Shown here one piece after another: positions 59,480 to 64,000 of a DNA stretch of 64,000 nucleotides (the stretch's first letter is position 1; each line of letters starts with the position of its first letter). The DNA is from an uncultured Armatimonadetes bacterium (GTDB lineage Bacteria; Armatimonadota; Hebobacteria; Hebobacterales; Hebobacteraceae). The stretch covers positions 1,888,001-1,952,000 of the forward strand of contig OY970296.1 in the NCBI GenBank assembly GCA_963716175.1, read 5' to 3'. Below the pieces are notes generated by a model. The model ran no database searches. It saw only the letters and a program-made list of their open reading frames with translations, and had not been told where the DNA came from. The position numbers and the translations under genes are program-made.

Positions 59480-59662
59480 GGCACAGCAGCCGCGCCACGG
59501 TGGCGATCACCGGCAGCCCAACCCAGTCCCATCTCCGCGCGGTATCCCCGCCGCCCATCCTCGGCGCCTCTCAGCGCAGGGGTATGCACGAAGGGAGAGA
59601 ATACCACGGGAGGGGATGCTGGAGCTTCCTGGAAGGCAGATGAGTTCTTGGACAGCGCGGGG
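59480..59662 (-). mobile_element. Module B: IS left end plus transposase stub
   Basis: Encodes RRWDWVGLPVIATVARLLC (same as the 24214-24587 stub); ends gatgagttcttggacagcgcgggg. Confidence 0.75.
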
Positions 59663-59822
59663 TGTGACTGGCACATGGTCGCAGAGGAGTCAGGGACGTC
59701 CGGAGGGTAACTTCGCAGATCGGTGTGTCTGTGTCACTACTGCTGACGCTGAGCAACTGACCGTGAATGGTATCTCCTATCGGGGTGGGTCAACCCGGCC
59801 GCGAGATAAGGATGCGCCTTCA

Positions 59823-60857
59823 GTGAGACGGCTAAGGCGCAATGCACCTGCGCTCACGCTCTTCTTGCTGGCACCGGCCACAGCAGAGCTCCTCACGGGC
59901 TCTATGCCGCCGGTGGAGTTCTTCAACCCGTTCACCTTCGTCATCATCGCAGCGCTTTACGGGAGCGGCGCGCTCCTCATGCGCGATGCCGTCAGGGGGT
60001 GGCGAAAGGGATACCTCAGCCTTCTCTGCTTGGGTGTCGCCTACGGCATCTTCGAAGAGGGCCTATTCTGCAAGACCTTCTTCGATCCCAACCGGTCCGA
60101 TCTAGGTCCCCTCGGCGGCTACGGCCGCTGGTTGGGCACGAACTGGGTGTGGGCGATCTGGCTGATGCTGTACCACGCGGTGATAAGCATCTCGATTCCC
60201 GTCCTCCTGGTGGAGGTCGCGTTCCCATCGCGAAGGACTGACCGGTGGGTGGCCGGCGTGTGGCGCGTCGTGCTCCTGGTCATCCTGGCGTTGGAAGCTC
60301 TGCTGGGCTACTACCGGCTCTCGGCATTCCGTCCGCCGGTGCCGCACTCCCTGGTCACGGGGGCGCTCGTGGTTGCCCTCATATTGGTGGCAGGACGCCT
60401 CCCGGCACGGGTCGGCAGGATTGGCGCTGCCCTGCAGAGAGCGCGACCGTGCTTCCTATGGAGCACCGGCTTCCTGTGGATGCTGCTGTCAGCCATCACT
60501 TTCTACGGACTGCCGGAGACCCCGATCCCTCCCGCTGTCACAGCCCTCATCGGGCTGACCATCACCGGAGCCGCCGGGTGGCTGGTGCTGCGATTGTCCG
60601 GCAACATGGCGGGTTGGGACGATCGAGGCCGCTTCCTGCTCGGGGCGGGCGTGCTTTCGTTCTGGATCATCCTGGGACCGCTATGGGAGGTAGCCCGGCT
60701 CGCACCCAACGATCCGCGAGGGATGACGCTGGTGGCAGTGGCTGCGCTTCTCCTTCTCCTCTGGCAGGGCCGTCGCGTCTACCACCGGGCCGCTGAGCTG
60801 CCTGGAGAATCCCCTGTATCAGACGTAGTGCCTTCGGAAAGAGGCCGGGGTAGCTGA
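59823..60857 (+). CDS. Multi-pass membrane protein
   Basis: LAPATAELLTGS, YGSGALLMRD, YGIFEEGL; about 9 hydrophobic segments; start uncertain. Confidence 0.7.
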   Translation: MRRLRRNAPALTLFLLAPATAELLTGSMPPVEFFNPFTFVIIAALYGSGALLMRDAVRGWRKGYLSLLCLGVAYGIFEEGLFCKTFFDPNRSDLGPLGGYGRWLGTNWVWAIWLMLYHAVISISIPVLLVEVAFPSRRTDRWVAGVWRVVLLVILALEALLGYYRLSAFRPPVPHSLVTGALVVALILVAGRLPARVGRIGAALQRARPCFLWSTGFLWMLLSAITFYGLPETPIPPAVTALIGLTITGAAGWLVLRLSGNMAGWDDRGRFLLGAGVLSFWIILGPLWEVARLAPNDPRGMTLVAVAALLLLLWQGRRVYHRAAELPGESPVSDVVPSERGRGS

Positions 60858-60902
60858 GGAAGGCAAGTCCGAGAGGGCTGTGACGCCGGGTGCGGCGGAC
60901 AT

Positions 60903-60985
60903 CGTGCCCATGCTAAGCAGGCCTGGGACACCGGTCTGGCAGCCCAGATGGCCTGCTCACCTGGCGGACCAGGGCGAGACGAAGG
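60903..60985 (+). mobile_element. Module C IS-end remnant (diverged)
   Basis: tgctaagcaggcctgggacaccggtc. Confidence 0.5.
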
Positions 60986-61151
60986 GATCGGCTCCGACGG
61001 CAGGTCCCAGAGAGGCGCTGCCAACGTGGCACCGACCGACGGTCACGGACCCCACCGCCCTCCGTCTGCTCCACTGCCTGACCTCGGCGTCGACGGCGAT
61101 CATTCGCACCTTAGAGGTGCATACCCCGACCCGAACCGGCTGTCGCTAGCA

Positions 61152-61214
61152 GGCCCCGGCAACCCCGACTCCGGCTACCCCCTCGGCTTGGACTTGTGCG
61201 GACCGGATACAGAT
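61152..61214 (+). repeat. Hairpin repeat copy 15, truncated by an IS481-like end
   Basis: Core from 61167; TGTGCGGACCGG at 61195 equals the first 12 bp of the IS481 end. Confidence 0.8.
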
Positions 61215-61375
61215 GCAAGAGCAGCAGGGAAGCCCTGGGCTCAGCAGAAGCGAAGCCCCCGTCTGGGCACGGGTGACCGCGGCGTGTGGTCTGCCTTGGC
61301 ACGGGGTTCCGGCCCGGCATCAGGAGGGGCTTCCTCCCAGCAATCAGTGCTCAGGAGCATGAGGAGGGTGTACAG

Positions 61376-61867
61376 ATGAAAGGGCTACGTTCGGTCGCGT
61401 TGGTACTTGGGCTGGCCGCCGCTTTGGCGGCCCCGGCCCTGTCCGGTCAGCGGGGTGGTGGCGGCCGTCGGGGCGGAGGTGGTGGACAGGGCGGTAGCAT
61501 GAAGGCCCTGCTCGACCGCCTTGGGTTCACCGAGCAGGAGCTGGCCGCGGTGCAGAAGAGCATGGAGGCCAAGTCCAAGGCTCATCAGACACTCGAGGAC
61601 GAACTCGGTAAGTTGCGCGAGGTCGCTGGCAATGACAAGTCCACCGACCAGCAGCTCCGTGGGGCCATCGACAGCTACACCGAGGCCCTGGCGCGATACC
61701 GGGAGACAGTGCGGACCGAGGATCGCTCCCTCTCAGGCCGCCTCTCAGTAAGGAGCCGGGCGCGCTGCCTGGCAGCCGGGGCCCTTGACAACGGACTTGG
61801 CATGGGTGGCGGAGGGCGCGGCGGTGGAGGCGGAAGGCGTGGAGGTGGGGGCGGACGGCGGTCCTAG
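61376..61867 (+). CDS. Secreted helical protein with Gly/Arg-rich termini (Spy/CpxP-like)
   Basis: Signal peptide, LGFTEQE helical region, RGGGGRRGG tracts. Confidence 0.6.
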   Translation: MKGLRSVALVLGLAAALAAPALSGQRGGGGRRGGGGGQGGSMKALLDRLGFTEQELAAVQKSMEAKSKAHQTLEDELGKLREVAGNDKSTDQQLRGAIDSYTEALARYRETVRTEDRSLSGRLSVRSRARCLAAGALDNGLGMGGGGRGGGGGRRGGGGGRRS

Positions 61868-61979
61868 CCCGCTCCTCCAAGAGCCAGCCTGAAGGCGACT
61901 GCCGAGCCGACGGGGTGAACGACTGGAGAGCCGTGGCAGCCGGTCGCGGGCGCCAGCGGTTCTGCCCCCAGCGCCCGGT

Positions 61980-62070
61980 TGCCATTGTCAGCCGCCCGTG
62001 AAGCCGGCCCGAGAGCACCCCCGACTTCGGCTACCCCCGTGGCTGGAGTCAGTGGCCGGGACTCGCCGCG
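61980..62070 (+). repeat. Hairpin repeat copy 16 with left arm
   Basis: tgtcagccgcccgtgaagccggccc arm; core 62023-62050. Confidence 0.88.
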
Positions 62071-62166
62071 GATGACACGGCGATCTCCCCACTGCCCATC
62101 ACCGGCGTCGCCATTCGACTCTGTTCCCCACTTGGCATCTTCGCCATTTCCGAACCCTCGCGGCGG

Positions 62167-62264
62167 AAAGGATGTCGCACCGATGGGAGGGAAGCCAACC
62201 CCGAGGGTGCACAGGAACCGAGGTTAGGGGCTTCTTGGATGCCTCAGATCAGTTCTGGTACACT
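62167..62264 (-). repeat. Module D, inverted copy
   Basis: Reverse complement matches 43259-43358. Confidence 0.65.
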
Positions 62265-62384
62265 TTGGTCGAAATGGCCGCCGGACCCACAACATATGGC
62301 GCGAAACGGCCAGCGGTCCAGCCCAGATGTAGCCCCCGCGCAGCTCGTCCGCTCTGGCTTAGCAGTTACCCTGGCCGTGCGCCC

Positions 62385-62414
62385 TTGACGCCCGCCCCTC
62401 CCCCCTGCTACAAT
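62385..62414 (+). promoter_or_regulatory. sigma70 promoter with extended -10
   Basis: TTGACG-18bp-(TGc)TACAAT. Confidence 0.65.
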
Positions 62415-62430
62415 CCGCTCGCTTCCACTC

Positions 62431-62516
62431 ACGCGTAGGAAAAAGCCGCTCTAGATACCTTCAGAGCAGCCTCCGCGAGGCGGGCTAAGCCCCCTCGGGG
62501 TACCCCTCTTGCGCGT
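62431..62516 (+). ncRNA. Candidate structured 5' leader RNA of the TrmH-family gene
   Basis: Closing stem acgcgtagga/tcttgcgcgt encloses hairpins gctct/agagc, gcctccgcgaggc, gggctaagccc and ccctcggg. Confidence 0.4.
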
Positions 62517-62643
62517 CCCCTCGTAATGCCCCCGAGTTCGCACCATTCTCCCGGCTTTGCCGCCTTTCGGCTCCTGCTCAGGCATTGGGCTCCCGTCTTC
62601 CCCCTGCCATCGCCTCCTCCGCAGCCGCCATTGGTGGCCTCTC

Positions 62644-63441
62644 ATGCTCATCACCAGCCGGGACAACGAAAGGATCAAGCGGATCCGGGGCTTGTTCGGC
62701 CGCAAGCACCGCGATCGCACGCGCCTCTTCCTGGTGGAGGGGATCCGGCACGTGGGCGAGGCCGTCGCCGCCGGCGCCCTCATCGAGTGCCTCTGCTACG
62801 CCCCCGACCTCCTCACCAGCGAGTTCGCCCACCGGCTGATCGCCGAGCAGGAGGCCCGCGGCGTGCCCTGCCACGCCGTCGCGCCCGGCGTCTTCGCCGC
62901 CCTGACGGTGAGGGAGAATCCGGCCGGCCTCCTCGCCGTGGTGCGGCAGTCCCCCTCCCGGCTGGACGACCTGCACCCGGAGGTCTTTCCCTGGGGGGTA
63001 GCCCTGGTCGCACCCCAGGATCCGGGCAATATCGGCGCCATCCTCCGCACCGTGGATGCGGTCGGCGCCAGCGGGCTGATCCTGCTGGACGCCAGCGCCG
63101 ACCCCTACCATCCCGGCGCGGTGCGCGCCAGCATGGGCGCGCTGTTCTCCCACCCGGTGGTGCGGGCCTCCTTCGGCGCCTTCGCCACCTGGGCGAAAGC
63201 AGGCGGCTATCGGATCTGGGGCACCTCCTCTCGCGCCGACCGGGATTACCGCGAGGTCGAGCGCTACTCGCGCCCCCTCCTCCTCCTCATGGGAAGCGAG
63301 CGGAAGGGGCTACTGCCGGAGCAGATGGCGCTCTGCGACGAAGTGGTGCGGATGCCGCTGCGGGGGCGGGTGACCTCCCTGAACCTCGCCATCGCCACCG
63401 GCGTCATGCTCTACCAGATGCTGGCGCGAGGTGAGGAATGA
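62644..63441 (+). CDS. TrmH/SpoU family RNA 2'-O-methyltransferase (TsnR-like N-terminus)
   Basis: ITSRDN..K, QDPGNIGAILRT, VRASMG, MGSERKG, SLNLAIA. Confidence 0.92.
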   Translation: MLITSRDNERIKRIRGLFGRKHRDRTRLFLVEGIRHVGEAVAAGALIECLCYAPDLLTSEFAHRLIAEQEARGVPCHAVAPGVFAALTVRENPAGLLAVVRQSPSRLDDLHPEVFPWGVALVAPQDPGNIGAILRTVDAVGASGLILLDASADPYHPGAVRASMGALFSHPVVRASFGAFATWAKAGGYRIWGTSSRADRDYREVERYSRPLLLLMGSERKGLLPEQMALCDEVVRMPLRGRVTSLNLAIATGVMLYQMLARGEE

Positions 63442-63649
63442 TGGCGGCCCTCTTGCTCCTCCCTCCCAGGCCATCCTGGCGCCCCGGGCGGAGGCTCGTG
63501 AGGGCCTCCCGCCCGGTCCGCAGCCCGCCCCGCGGGAGCTGGTGGCCGCCACCTTTGTCGGCCCTTCGCGACCTTCCCCCTGGTGACGAAATGCTCTCGC
63601 CCCTGTAGAACGCGGTTGCTAGCCGAGCATCCTACCATGGGAGGGGAGT

Positions 63650-63758
63650 ATGGGCCACGGCGTTCCCCGCAGTTGGTCGGTGCTGTTGGTAGTGGTCGTT
63701 CTGGTGATGGCGATTCTGGCCGCGTCGCAGGCGCAGGCGGCGGTGAACCCCACTGTGG
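63650..63758 (+). pseudogene. 5' stub (signal peptide) of a secreted-protein gene, cut by the hairpin element
   Basis: GGAGG SD, MGHGVPRSWSVLLVVVVLVMAILAASQAQAAVNPTV, then repeat sequence. Confidence 0.55.
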
Positions 63759-63938
63759 CTGTTAACCGCCCGTATAGCCGGCCTGAGAGTCCCCCCGACT
63801 CCGGCTACCCCCTCAGCTGGAGTCACTGCCCGGGGTTAACCGCGCCATTGAGCGGCAGCTCTTCTCGGACACGCGGATCACAGCCTTCCGGTTGGCGGCG
63901 TGATGCCAGGCCGGCTCCATGGGCACCTGACAGGGGCA
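63759..63938 (+). repeat. Hairpin repeat copy 17, full-length (about 180 bp) with both arms
   Basis: ctgttaaccgcccgtatagccggcctg ... caggccggctccatgggcacctgacaggggca; core 63797-63824. Confidence 0.9.
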
Positions 63939-64000
63939 GGGCGCTTCAGAGTCATCCCTATCCGCCCGGCCTGCGCTCTCCCTGAGCTGGACGGAGCCCT

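Noticed and set aside
16461-63830. Hairpin repeats as rho-independent terminators
   Set aside because: No U-tract, and orientation is independent of gene direction

Overview
High-GC bacterial chromosomal region, most likely Armatimonadota. That call is inferred from a prepilin-type/DUF1559/H-X9-DG gene and many secreted glycan-active proteins. The coding content is mostly lone genes: GH20-, PL11-, heparinase- and beta-helix-type CAZymes, an ankyrin protein, DUF3160, methyltransferases, RNase II and an mgtA-ackA-xfp-LOG cluster. The most striking feature is non-coding. From 16.4 kb onward most intergenic gaps contain a ~30-bp hairpin core (GACTCCGGCT-ACCCCCTC-GGCTGGGAGTC) inside a ~70-200-bp structured element. 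I found 17 copies, all on the + strand whatever the direction of flanking genes, with substitutions that preserve pairing on that strand. Two identical 1293-bp IS481 copies sit at the same nucleotide of this hairpin with 5-bp target duplications. An IS110/IS1111 stub and another IS481-like end also abut copies. Further repeat modules (a degenerate ~65-80-bp tandem unit and two kinds of IS-end remnants) stack with the hairpin in a fixed order and orientation between genes, and several truncated genes lie beside them. This resembles an undescribed REP/attC-like landing-pad or gene-shuffling system. No cognate recombinase gene is visible in the window. All calls are by eye; no database searches were run.
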